Positions 50,061 to 59,400 of a DNA stretch of 64,000 nt are shown piece by piece. The DNA is taken from positions 32,550 to 96,549 of the forward strand of contig JBMFGW010000001.1 of NCBI GenBank assembly GCA_049977145.1. The letters are read 5' to 3'. Every line of letters begins with the position of its first letter. Positions within the stretch are counted from its first letter, which is position 1. The position numbers and the translations under genes were made by a program. Source of the DNA: Phycisphaerae bacterium. Lineage in GTDB: Bacteria; Planctomycetota; Phycisphaerae; WQYP01. The notes beneath the pieces were generated by a model. That model had not been told where the DNA came from and searched no databases. It worked only from the letters and a program-made list of their open reading frames with translations.

Positions 50061-50358
50061 ATTAAGCTCCTGCGTTTGTTATCCCAACACTTGCCCTGCA
50101 ACTTATTAATCATCATAGCGCTGTCCTGCCGCCAGTCAATAATGCGTCACCATTAAGTCGTTGGGCGGTCGTTGGGCAGACGGACAATCGGAATAGGAAA
50201 GGGCCAGTCTTTATTTCCGATCAGCACAATGGAGGTAGAGACTTTTTTCAACAGTTGAAATTTCTGTTGGACGCGGGGCACAAATTCTTCAAAATGGCGG
50301 GGATCTTCCACCTTGTCACCAGTGACCAACTCCTTGCGATCGGGACCAAAAATAGAGA

Positions 50359-51783
50359 CTAATGCGGATGCTCCGCCGCGTGCGACAGCCCATGGCGCAG
50401 TGTCATTTTGATGTGCCGAGTTTGTCCGTGTCGTAAAATCGTCAGTTCCACATCCTGCGGATTGGCCATGATATGACGATGAATCTCCCGAAAATTGATA
50501 ACGGAGATGCCATCAATGGCGATAATGATATCACCTTTTTTAACCCCCGCCCGCGCCGCCGGTGAGTGCGGAAATGTGCCAATGACCCGCATGGCGGCTT
50601 TGTGGTCCAGACCGGTGATGTGTTTCCGCAACGGGTCCCGCAGTGGAATCATGGCATATTGGATGCCGAAACGCGGCGGCTGTAATAAACCGGTGAGGAT
50701 AAAAGTTCTAAGCCCGTACCGGTTGTTATTAAGCGGAAAAAATCCATGGGCGATATTCAGCGCCGCCAGATGCCCGCGCAAATTAAACACAAACGCAGGT
50801 TGCGTCCCCATCACCCCGCCAAACCCGAATCGGCCATCTTGTCCCGGCCTACGGGGATGCGAATGCGGCCCACGGTGTGGGCCTAATGGCATAACCCAGT
50901 GGGCCGAGGAAGCTGTTACATCCACCGCAAAAAGCAGCGCGGCGGGGTGAATGCGATGGCGGGCCAAAGGCAGTCCATGAATTTTCGCATCGGGGTTCAG
51001 CGCCAAAACCGTCACACCCAGAGCAGTGTTAACGCCAAGAATGTGTCCCTGCAATTTTTTACCCCGCGCGTTGACCACCGTAATCGGACGCAAATCATCG
51101 GGTGGCGCGATCATTGAGGGAACCACAATACAACCACGTGGCCCAACTATCAGCCCGCGTACCGTGGCGGCGCCATGGTGCACATTGGAATTGATCCGGG
51201 CGTTGATGAGTTGTATCTCCGGCCAAAACTCCCGCGGCGGCAAGGGGTGGGTTTTAAAAAGAAAATGCCGTATCAGAAAAAGTTCCACCGGGGCACGCTG
51301 GTTGATCCTACGCAGGTGCTCTTTCTGGCGGCGATCGAGTACTGGAGTTTTAGTGAGTCCCTTCCCTGTTCTTAAATTCGGTTTAATGATGATCTGCGGC
51401 TCCGGTGGTTCGCCCCGTCGCGCGTTGAGATTATCGCGAAAATCATGTTGTACCACCCATTTTTTTTCCCAGACTAGAAATGAGTGTTGCAGTTTTTTCG
51501 GCAACATGTGCAGCGGATTGGGGTCCAGTTCAACAGTGACCAATGAATTCTCCAGCCCCTTGTAAAAGGCCTGTGAGGCATGGCTGATCTGTTCCAGAAC
51601 CATCAGGTCGGAACCGGATGGGGCCGAGCGCAATGTGGAAGTTGGCTTGGGCAGTATCGTTTGTGCCGCCAGGCGATTACTAAACGCACAATATCCGGAA
51701 AGTGGAAGTCCCACTATCACTAGCGCGCTGCTTACCAATATACGCCGAATAACAGGGAAGATTTTAGACTGTGGTGCTTTCAT
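50359..51783 (-). CDS. Secreted PDZ-domain protein with degenerate trypsin-like (HtrA/DegP-like) fold; likely pseudo-protease
   Basis: Signal peptide. C-terminal PDZ (GVKKGDIIIAIDGISVINFREI). Central region resembles the S1C fold but lacks obvious GxSGG and TNxHV catalytic motifs. Lies downstream of the sigma/anti-sigma pair. Confidence 0.45.
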   Translation of the reverse strand: MKAPQSKIFPVIRRILVSSALVIVGLPLSGYCAFSNRLAAQTILPKPTSTLRSAPSGSDLMVLEQISHASQAFYKGLENSLVTVELDPNPLHMLPKKLQHSFLVWEKKWVVQHDFRDNLNARRGEPPEPQIIIKPNLRTGKGLTKTPVLDRRQKEHLRRINQRAPVELFLIRHFLFKTHPLPPREFWPEIQLINARINSNVHHGAATVRGLIVGPRGCIVVPSMIAPPDDLRPITVVNARGKKLQGHILGVNTALGVTVLALNPDAKIHGLPLARHRIHPAALLFAVDVTASSAHWVMPLGPHRGPHSHPRRPGQDGRFGFGGVMGTQPAFVFNLRGHLAALNIAHGFFPLNNNRYGLRTFILTGLLQPPRFGIQYAMIPLRDPLRKHITGLDHKAAMRVIGTFPHSPAARAGVKKGDIIIAIDGISVINFREIHRHIMANPQDVELTILRHGQTRHIKMTLRHGLSHAAEHPH

Positions 51784-51932
51784 TTTCTTATTCCAATTTA
51801 TTACCCGCGCCCCACCGGCCCGTCACCGATACCGCTTAATGTGCATGAGGCGCTACGCAACTTGTCGACCACACACCATCCGAATCCATCAGGCACGCCG
51901 CAGCACGTTCGCACGCGGGTCGCCGCCTGCCA

Positions 51933-52511
51933 TTAAAACACTCCCGTACTGGCCGCCGAGGCCACTTGCGGCGTAGCGGTGGACTGGCTGCTGACCGCCC
52001 GCTGGTCAGCCGTATAAGTCTGGGCAAACTCTTTAGCCTGCTGATAGGTGGCAAAAGTCTGCGACACTATCTGCCCGCTGGGCGTACTGATTTGGACAGT
52101 ATAGCCAATAATCGAAGACGACGCGGGTACCGTCGCCCGCGGTGCTTCCGGAACGACAGAGCCGCGACCGGCCCAATAACTGCCCGCGGCGATCAACAGG
52201 CACGCCGCCGCGAGACCGACGCGTTTGCTCCACACATGCGCGGCGTTTGCTTCCATGATGCGGCCAATCGGTGAATATTGATTTTCGCGGCAGTATGCCA
52301 GAGCTTCTACCGCCAGACGATGCGCTTCGTCGGCATCCGGCATGTACGTTTGCAAGGCCTCCGCGCGCAACGCTCGCGCCTGTTGCAAGCGCGTCAACAT
52401 TTGTGCCAACTGGGTGTCGGACCTTAGACATTGTTCCAAAGCATTTTTTTCCGCCGTCGGCAATTCGCCGTCAAGATACAACTCTAATGTAATGTAATCG
52501 GTTTCCCGCAT
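51933..52511 (-). CDS. Anti-sigma factor (membrane-spanning, zinc-finger-type N-terminus)
   Basis: Immediately downstream of the ECF sigma gene. N-terminal YLDGELPTAEKNALEQCL (anti-sigma ZAS-like). Single TM (VGLAAACLLIAAGSYWA). Ser/Thr-rich periplasmic tail. Confidence 0.5.
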   Translation of the reverse strand: MRETDYITLELYLDGELPTAEKNALEQCLRSDTQLAQMLTRLQQARALRAEALQTYMPDADEAHRLAVEALAYCRENQYSPIGRIMEANAAHVWSKRVGLAAACLLIAAGSYWAGRGSVVPEAPRATVPASSSIIGYTVQISTPSGQIVSQTFATYQQAKEFAQTYTADQRAVSSQSTATPQVASAASTGVF

Positions 52512-52578
52512 AAAGCACCTCTGTGAAATCCGTAAATCCTTTCCATTTTCCAGACATACCCCGACAACCGCCGCCGCT

Positions 52579-53130
52579 TTATTGCTCCAGGTGTGACTTC
52601 AAGCCCTTGGCTAATTTAACTCTGCCGCGGTGCAGCCACGTTTTAACTTGGGACTCCGTCGCGCCCAGGATTTCGGATATTTCCCGGTATCCCATACCCT
52701 GTTGCTCACGCAGCACCAAGGCTTCGCGCCAGGCCACCGGAAGCTGTTGAATGTTCCGCCGGATCAGTTCCACCGTTTCTGCGGTCAGCGGTGCTTCCGC
52801 GGGGTCATTTTCTGTTCCTAAGCTGTCATATAAATCGTCATCCGCATCCAACGACCGGCCAATTTTTCTCCGGCGGCAACTGATAACATTACGGGCCACC
52901 GCTTTGGCCATCAACGACCACCCGCCATCATCCCAATTATAAGATTCGCAATGGCGGAATAGCTTCAGGAGGGCATCCTGAACAATATCCTCGGCCTGCT
53001 TGGCATCGCGTATTTGCACACCAAGCATAGACCGCGCTAAGGCAATCAGTCGGCCCATATTGGCATAAACAGCCGCCTCAAACTGTCTGCTTGCCGTCGT
53101 CTGAGCTGACATCCTGCTTCCTAGCATCAT
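52579..53130 (-). CDS. ECF (sigma-70 family group IV) RNA polymerase sigma factor
   Basis: Region 2 (DAEDIVQDALLKLFRH) and region 4 HTH (GMGYREISEILGATESQVKTWLHRGRVKL). Confidence 0.85.
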   Translation of the reverse strand: MMLGSRMSAQTTASRQFEAAVYANMGRLIALARSMLGVQIRDAKQAEDIVQDALLKLFRHCESYNWDDGGWSLMAKAVARNVISCRRRKIGRSLDADDDLYDSLGTENDPAEAPLTAETVELIRRNIQQLPVAWREALVLREQQGMGYREISEILGATESQVKTWLHRGRVKLAKGLKSHLEQ

Positions 53131-53494
53131 GAGTTATAACGCAATTGGATGGGCCAAGTTGCAGAATTTCTATAAGCCCATCCGGATACAATCGGGATGG
53201 CTGCAAAGCTATGGCTGCGTGCCGGGGGCTATTATATCGGACGCTGGCCAATTGTCAGTGCCAAAGCAGATAATGCCTTTTATACGGTCTATAATTATTA
53301 AGAAATATTGGAGGCTCTTTTGGCCGATAAGTGTGTTTATGCGACGGGCCATCGAATAATGATGCTTATGTCGTCTTTTATTTGCAAAGGAGTTTGAGCT
53401 AAGTGTATACTTCTTCCGGCTGAGTTGGTTGGAAGGGAGAAAGCCACCCTCCGGTTTATGGGAGTTCCAGTAGAAGTATTGGCTTGACAGTGAA

Positions 53495-54847
53495 ATGTGT
53501 ATGCTTCCAATAGCGGTTAGTTCATTTTCGCCCACTACGATACTCATGCCGTACATGCCGGTGTTTTACGTCTCGTTTCTGGTGACCGTGCTGCTGACAC
53601 CGGTGATGCGCCAATTGGCCCTGCGTTATGGTGTGGTTGATGAGCCTGACGGGCGGCGTAAAATTCATACCCGTCCGATCGCCTATCTGGGTGGAGTGGC
53701 GACATTCATCGGTTGGATGTCAGGGGTGTTGGTTTCGGTGGTGGTTACACCCATTAACAGTGATCCATCTATGGTGGCTAAGGTTTGGGTGCCCCCCGGT
53801 ATTATTCTCGGCGCCGGTACGGTGGTGCTCTGCGGACTTATTGATGATGTGTACAGCCTTACCCCGCGGCTGAAACTATTCGGGCAATTTCTGGGGGCGG
53901 TGCTGCTGTTTTTTTTGAGTCTGGACCGCGCCGGATTTCTGGGCATCCGAATTGACCTAGCCAATATGTTTATTTTCCCGTTGGAACGCCGCGGGTGGAT
54001 TCCCGCCATCCAATTCATACACCCACAGATGTATATGCTTTTTGCCAGCGTGCTTAGCGCGGTATTGGCGATTCTTATTATCATGTCCGCCAGCAACGCC
54101 ATGAACCTGCTTGATGGGTTGGATGGATTATGTTCAGGTGTTACCAGCATCATGGCGGTTGGTTATCTTGCGCTGGCACTGTACCTGGCTTGCAACGGTG
54201 TGCCCTCCGCTGGTGTTGCATCAATGAACCCCACACGGATCACGCTTAGTCTGGCACTGCTGGGGTCGGTGTTGGGATTCCTGCCTTATAATTTCAACCC
54301 GGCCAGTATTTTCATGGGCGACACCGGAAGTATGTTCCTGGGATATGTCTGCGGAGCCATGATTATTATGTTTGGCAACGATGGCATATTCCGGTGGTTC
54401 CTCGGTGCTCTGGTCATTTTCGGCCTGCCGATTCTGGACACATTTTTAGCCATCGTACGTCGGAAACTCAATAACCGCCCGGTATTTTCCCCGGATTCCG
54501 GCCATTTTCATCACTTCCTGCTCAAGCGCGGTTTATCGGTCAAACAGGCCGCATTGGCGAGCTATGGTCTTACCGCCATATTCGTAAGTTTTGCCCTGGT
54601 TATTGTGCTGATCCCCACCAGTTTGGCGTTGGGTATTTACATGGTATTGTTTGTCTGGCTGGTAATCATCGCGTTCAAAATGGGCATGGTGTACCAGCAG
54701 GGCGGTAATCCGGCGGCGATTTCCTCCATCATTCCGCAGCCACCCGGAATTACCCAATCTGCGGGTGGTTCGCCATTGGAGCCGCTTTCCACGCCCGCGG
54801 TGCCGCACGATAAAGCAAATATATTACACGGCATCTTGAGTAAGTAG
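53495..54847 (+). CDS. Glycosyltransferase family 4 polyprenyl-phosphate N-acetylhexosamine-1-phosphate transferase (WecA/MraY family)
   Basis: Polytopic membrane protein with NAMNLLDGLDGL (the DDxxD-like MraY/WecA motif), and FMGDTGSMFLGY. About 440 aa. Confidence 0.8.
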   Translation: MCMLPIAVSSFSPTTILMPYMPVFYVSFLVTVLLTPVMRQLALRYGVVDEPDGRRKIHTRPIAYLGGVATFIGWMSGVLVSVVVTPINSDPSMVAKVWVPPGIILGAGTVVLCGLIDDVYSLTPRLKLFGQFLGAVLLFFLSLDRAGFLGIRIDLANMFIFPLERRGWIPAIQFIHPQMYMLFASVLSAVLAILIIMSASNAMNLLDGLDGLCSGVTSIMAVGYLALALYLACNGVPSAGVASMNPTRITLSLALLGSVLGFLPYNFNPASIFMGDTGSMFLGYVCGAMIIMFGNDGIFRWFLGALVIFGLPILDTFLAIVRRKLNNRPVFSPDSGHFHHFLLKRGLSVKQAALASYGLTAIFVSFALVIVLIPTSLALGIYMVLFVWLVIIAFKMGMVYQQGGNPAAISSIIPQPPGITQSAGGSPLEPLSTPAVPHDKANILHGILSK

Positions 54848-54893
54848 TCAGGCCAATGCTTGCAATCAAAATAATTGACGTAGTTTCAGGCTG

Positions 54894-55862
54894 GGTCAAG
54901 GCGCTCAAGTTAGCGTCAAGATCCGCAAGATGTTTTTGGGCGGCTGTGGCGGCGGCTGCCGCCGAGAGCAGGTGAAAAGTAGAGAGTTGAACAGTAGAGC
55001 AAATAGGGCTGGAACAAAAGAGTTGCTGGCGCTTGCTGGAAGACCCACCTGCGGTCTACTTTCTATTTTCTACTTTCAGGCGAAGCCGCCAGCTGTTAGA
55101 AGTCCTTTTCACTGATCAAAGAACACTGATCACGGATCAATATGGCGACGGGCAACGAACAACGATCAACGTTCTTTGCGAATTTCAAGGTGTCCAAGAT
55201 GCTCAAGTTCGGGGGCAAGGTGCTCAAGTTGAGCAAGTTGACGGGAGCGTTGATTCTAGAGGGTTTGGTTCAAGGTGCTCAAGATGCTCAAGATGTTTTG
55301 GCCCCCCAGGGGGGCCAGCATTTAGCATTGAGGAGTTGGGAGTCCTTTTGCAGTATTGGTCAGTATTATCAGTAATTGCAGTACTGCGCAATATTTGGCG
55401 TTTCGCTTCGACGGGTAACGAGATTGGTGTTGCAGTTGTGGCTGCGACGTGTGCTTGTTCCTGTTTAGGATTCTTTTCCGCGATCGCTGTGGCGGCATGT
55501 TATTGACTTTTCAAATCCCGGCCAGCCGGGATGCGGCGTCGGAACAATCATTTGTGGTTCCGGCGTCGTGCTGATGCTATAGGGGAAAGCGCGTGGCGAT
55601 AACAATTTTCACGGATCATAATGGCAACGAACAACGGGCAACGAACAAGGTTCTTTTCGAATTTCAAGGTGGCCAAGAGGGCCAAGTTAGGGAGGCAAGG
55701 GGGCCAAGTTCGGCAAGTTGAGAAAAGGCTTGATGGCAGCGGATTTGGTTCAAGAGGGCCAAGAGGGCCAAGATGTTTTTTGCCCCCCAGGGGGGGCGGC
55801 ATTTAGCATTGAGGAGTTAGGAGTCCTTTTCACTGATCAAAGAACACTGATCACGGATCAAT
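54894..55862. repeat. Tandem array of paralogous ~215-bp units in a 1.6-kb gene-free region, bounded by a 40-bp perfect direct repeat
   Basis: Full units at 55142-55350 and 55621-55830. A truncated third tail lies at 54894-54940. The bounding repeat is GTCCTTTTCACTGATCAAAGAACACTGATCACGGATCAAT at 55102-55141 and 55823-55862. Each unit has an ATG sORF, internal 9-nt-period CAAG repeats, a GC hairpin CCCCCCAGGGGGG, and agcatttagcattgaggagttRggagtcctttt. Confidence 0.5.
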
Positions 55863-56060
55863 GACGATGGTGAGAGACGATTAGCCACAGAGGGCACCGA
55901 GGGCACAGAGTTTACGGCACTACGGGGGACGGATTGAACCACGAGTAAATGAGGTAGGCGGAGGGGAAGCTACCAACGTGCGATGGGTGACGGGGGGCGC
56001 GGTTTTGGGTTACAGGTGACAGGTTACGGGCCAGTTTTTCAGTTTTCGGGGGAACGCGAA

Positions 56061-56347
56061 AAGGTGACATCCATCATTATCATCTTGTCCCCTGCTTTTT
56101 TGGTCTTCCAAACGGGTTCAGTGTGTGATCCAATCCCGTGCTTGCCGCCATTGTTGCCACCCAGTGCTCTTCTCCCAAGGGACGGGCGTGGTCGGCGTGG
56201 CGGCCCAGCTCCGGTCGGGGCTGCGCCCCTTCCTGCGCCTACGCCTGGCCGCCACGCCACTGGAGTATCGATACCAGGGCGACACTTCTACTTCGGCTAA
56301 CAGGGTGACATTTCTACTTCTTGACAACAACGATGGATGTCACCTTT
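56061..56347. repeat. 16-bp perfect inverted repeat (AAAGGTGACATCCATC / GATGGATGTCACCTTT) flanking a 255-bp GC-rich segment
   Basis: Arms at 56061-56076 and 56332-56347. The interior is about 68% GC and contains no convincing ORF. Lies upstream of the GH29-GH92 gene start region. Confidence 0.4.
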
Positions 56348-56461
56348 TCGTGTCCCCCTCTGGCAGATCATCGCCCGTGTGATCGATCAAGGCTCGCAGC
56401 TCTCGGCGGTACGTCTGGCTTCCACCGCCGCGCGCATCCAGGCCGTGGCGCTCAGAATGGG

Positions 56462-59400
56462 TTATCGTACGCTCAGCGATGGAGGCTCATTGGCCACACC
56501 AACACCCCAGTGCCGGTTCGGTTTTGGGCCGAGCATAAACTTAAGCGATCCGCCGTTTGCTATGGCCTTCTGGTTGAACCAGCATGCGCTATGACGTACT
56601 CGATCAATCCAGACGCTCTGAACGTACGTGTTGGCCGTGGTGGCATCCGGCGCCGTGATGGTGAATTCGCGTCCATGATAAGGGGGTCGCAGGTGGATGG
56701 TGACGTTTTTGAATACGGGGCTTGCCAGCACGAATGTCCCGCTCGCGGGGTCTACCGGATAAAAGCCCATCATTGCTAAAACCGCCCAGGACGACATTTC
56801 GCCACAGTCGTCATTGCCAGGGATGCCGTTAGGAGAAACCGTGTAGTATTTCCGCAAAAGCCGCCGGACAACCGACTGCGTTTTCCATGGCTCGCCAGAG
56901 AAGTTGAACTCGAAGGGAGCTTCCAGGTCCGGCTCGTTGTAGGGGTTATAACACCCTGGGGACCCCGCCTCCGCCGGCAGCTCTCCAACCATCTTATTCG
57001 ACCCGCCATGTATGGCCGTTAGCTGGGTCATCTGCCCCTTAAAAAAAGCGTTGAGGCGGTGGTTGAATCGCTCCCGCCCGACCGCATTTACCAACCACGA
57101 TAGATCGCACGGAGCGAGCCATTGGTATTGCAATGCTGATCCTTCCACAAACCCATGGCCTTGTAGAAGCGAGAACGGCTGTCTCCAGCCGCCGTTGGAT
57201 AGTCGTGGCCGGAAAAACCCAACTGCCGGGTCAAACACGTTGCGATAATAGAGCGCTCGCTTGAATAGAATATTTGCATCGTGCGTTTTTCCTAACGCTT
57301 TTGCCAAGTAATAAAGCGATGCATACGCGATACAATCTTCCTGAATCTGAGATACTGAGCCATAACTTTCATAATTGTCCGGATCATAGTGTAATTTGTT
57401 GATCCAGTTGATATTGCTTTCACCGGCATAGGGACGCTCCTTGGTAACCAAGCACTCTTTACCCAACCCCGCCCAGGCAACACGCACATCCGCCGGTTTT
57501 ATATGGCCAGAGAACGGTGCCCGCGTTGCGTCTTTGAACATGCCCCGCCAGGCCGCTTTGATATTGAAGCCATGCAGTCCATCCAAATAGGCTGTACACA
57601 TTACGGTACTCAGCGGGCTGCCGCACATGACGTTGGTGTAATGGTTAATCTGCGGCCATCGCGGCACCCAACCACCCTGTTCGTAATCCAACACAATAGA
57701 CTGACACATATCCTCCACGCGCCGCGGCGCGATTAATGCCAGCAGGGGCATTTCACTGCGGTAAATATCCCACCCGGAATAGTTGCAATAAAACTGATGC
57801 CCTGCCGCGACATGGTGTATCTTTCCATCAAAGCCCAGATACTGTCCATCGGCATCGCTGAAAAGACTGGGCATCAACAGGCTGTGGTATAGGGCCGTGT
57901 AAAAGACTTCGCGCTGCGGCATGGAACCGCCGGTAACGCGGATGACATCCAGCGCTTTATTCCAAGTTGCGTCGGCTGCATTTCGGACACAAGTGAAACT
58001 TTTATCGCCCACCTCCTGGTGCAGATTGTTTTCAGCGCCAGCCAAATTCACATAGGAAATGCCAACCTTCACCGTTATAGCCCGCGTATGAGCGGTTTTG
58101 GGCCAACTTGTATACGCACCAATCCACTGGCCCAATTTGGTTTGTTGCGCAGATCGTGACTTCGCGTCAACCTTGCCAATGCCGTTCTTACCGTTCCAGA
58201 TTCCACTGGATTCGAATGGCTCGCTGAACTTCATCACAAAATACACCGTGTAGGTCTGCCAGTTGCCGCAGAAGCAGTGGTTCGTCACCTGGCCTGTTAT
58301 CACATGGTTGTTGACCAGTTGAATCTTCGCACCAACGGTTTCGTTGAGAGTGTGGCTAATCGGTACCAACACATTGGCCCGCTTGCCCGCTGGAAACACG
58401 AAGCGCGCCAAGCCGCAGCGATCCGTTGACGTAAGATTGACCTGAATTCCCCACCGCTGGAGAATCACCTGATAATATCCCGGCGAGGCTGACTCGAGCT
58501 TATGGGAATACGACGATTGAAAATTCTTAATCTGAGTGTGTACCGCCCCGGTTGTGGCTGTGAAGAATACCTCCCCGGAACTCGGTGCGCCAGAGCCACT
58601 CATGTGCGTCATACTGAAGCCCTGAATATCCGGCTGATAGTAGTGGTAGCCCACCCCGTTCGATTCCGTATCCGGGCTTAATTGCACCATGCCGAATGGC
58701 ATTGATGCACCCGGAAAGCAATTGATGCTGCCGCCGGGGCCTGTGCCAGTTCCGATGAATGGATCGACATATCCTATCGGGTACTCGTCGTGGTCTTTCG
58801 TGACAGGCTTCACATCGCCCTTTATTTCCAACACAACCACGCTGGCCACCGGATCCGGTGCGGCGGCTGGTAGATACACCAGTTGGCCGTCGATCCCGGA
58901 TGCCGCTTGCAACTTGAGGTATGGATTAGCCAGCAAATAGGCTTTGGTAATCACATTGCGCATGGGCACGACCAAGGTGCGATTCTTTGGCCACTTGGTC
59001 ACTTCTAAAAACAGCTTTCCGGGCTTTTGGGTGGCGTAGCCATACGGCAGCGCTTTGGCAAACGGTGTGCGATGCGAGCCATAAATGGCTTCACCATTCA
59101 CCTTCAGCCATTTTCCTATCGCCAACAGGCGATCTACTTCAGGCTTCGGTATAACACCTTTGGCGGTGGGACCGACATTGAGCAGGAAATTGCCGCCGCC
59201 GCTGGCACAATGGATCAAATGATGAATCAGCGTGGCAGAAGATTTCCAATCATGATCCCATGAAACATATCCCCATGTATTGTTGATGGTCATGCACGTC
59301 TCCCATGGGCCGGGTAGCCCCCGCACCGGAATATTCTGCTCCGGGGTCATGTAATCCCCATAACCAAAACCGATGCGCGCGTTGAGAATTACTGTGGGAT

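Noticed and set aside
54850-56460. Possible CRISPR array in the repeat-rich gene-free region
   Set aside because: Repeats are long (about 215 bp and 40 bp), irregularly spaced, and are not short direct repeats with unique spacers. No cas genes are in the window.
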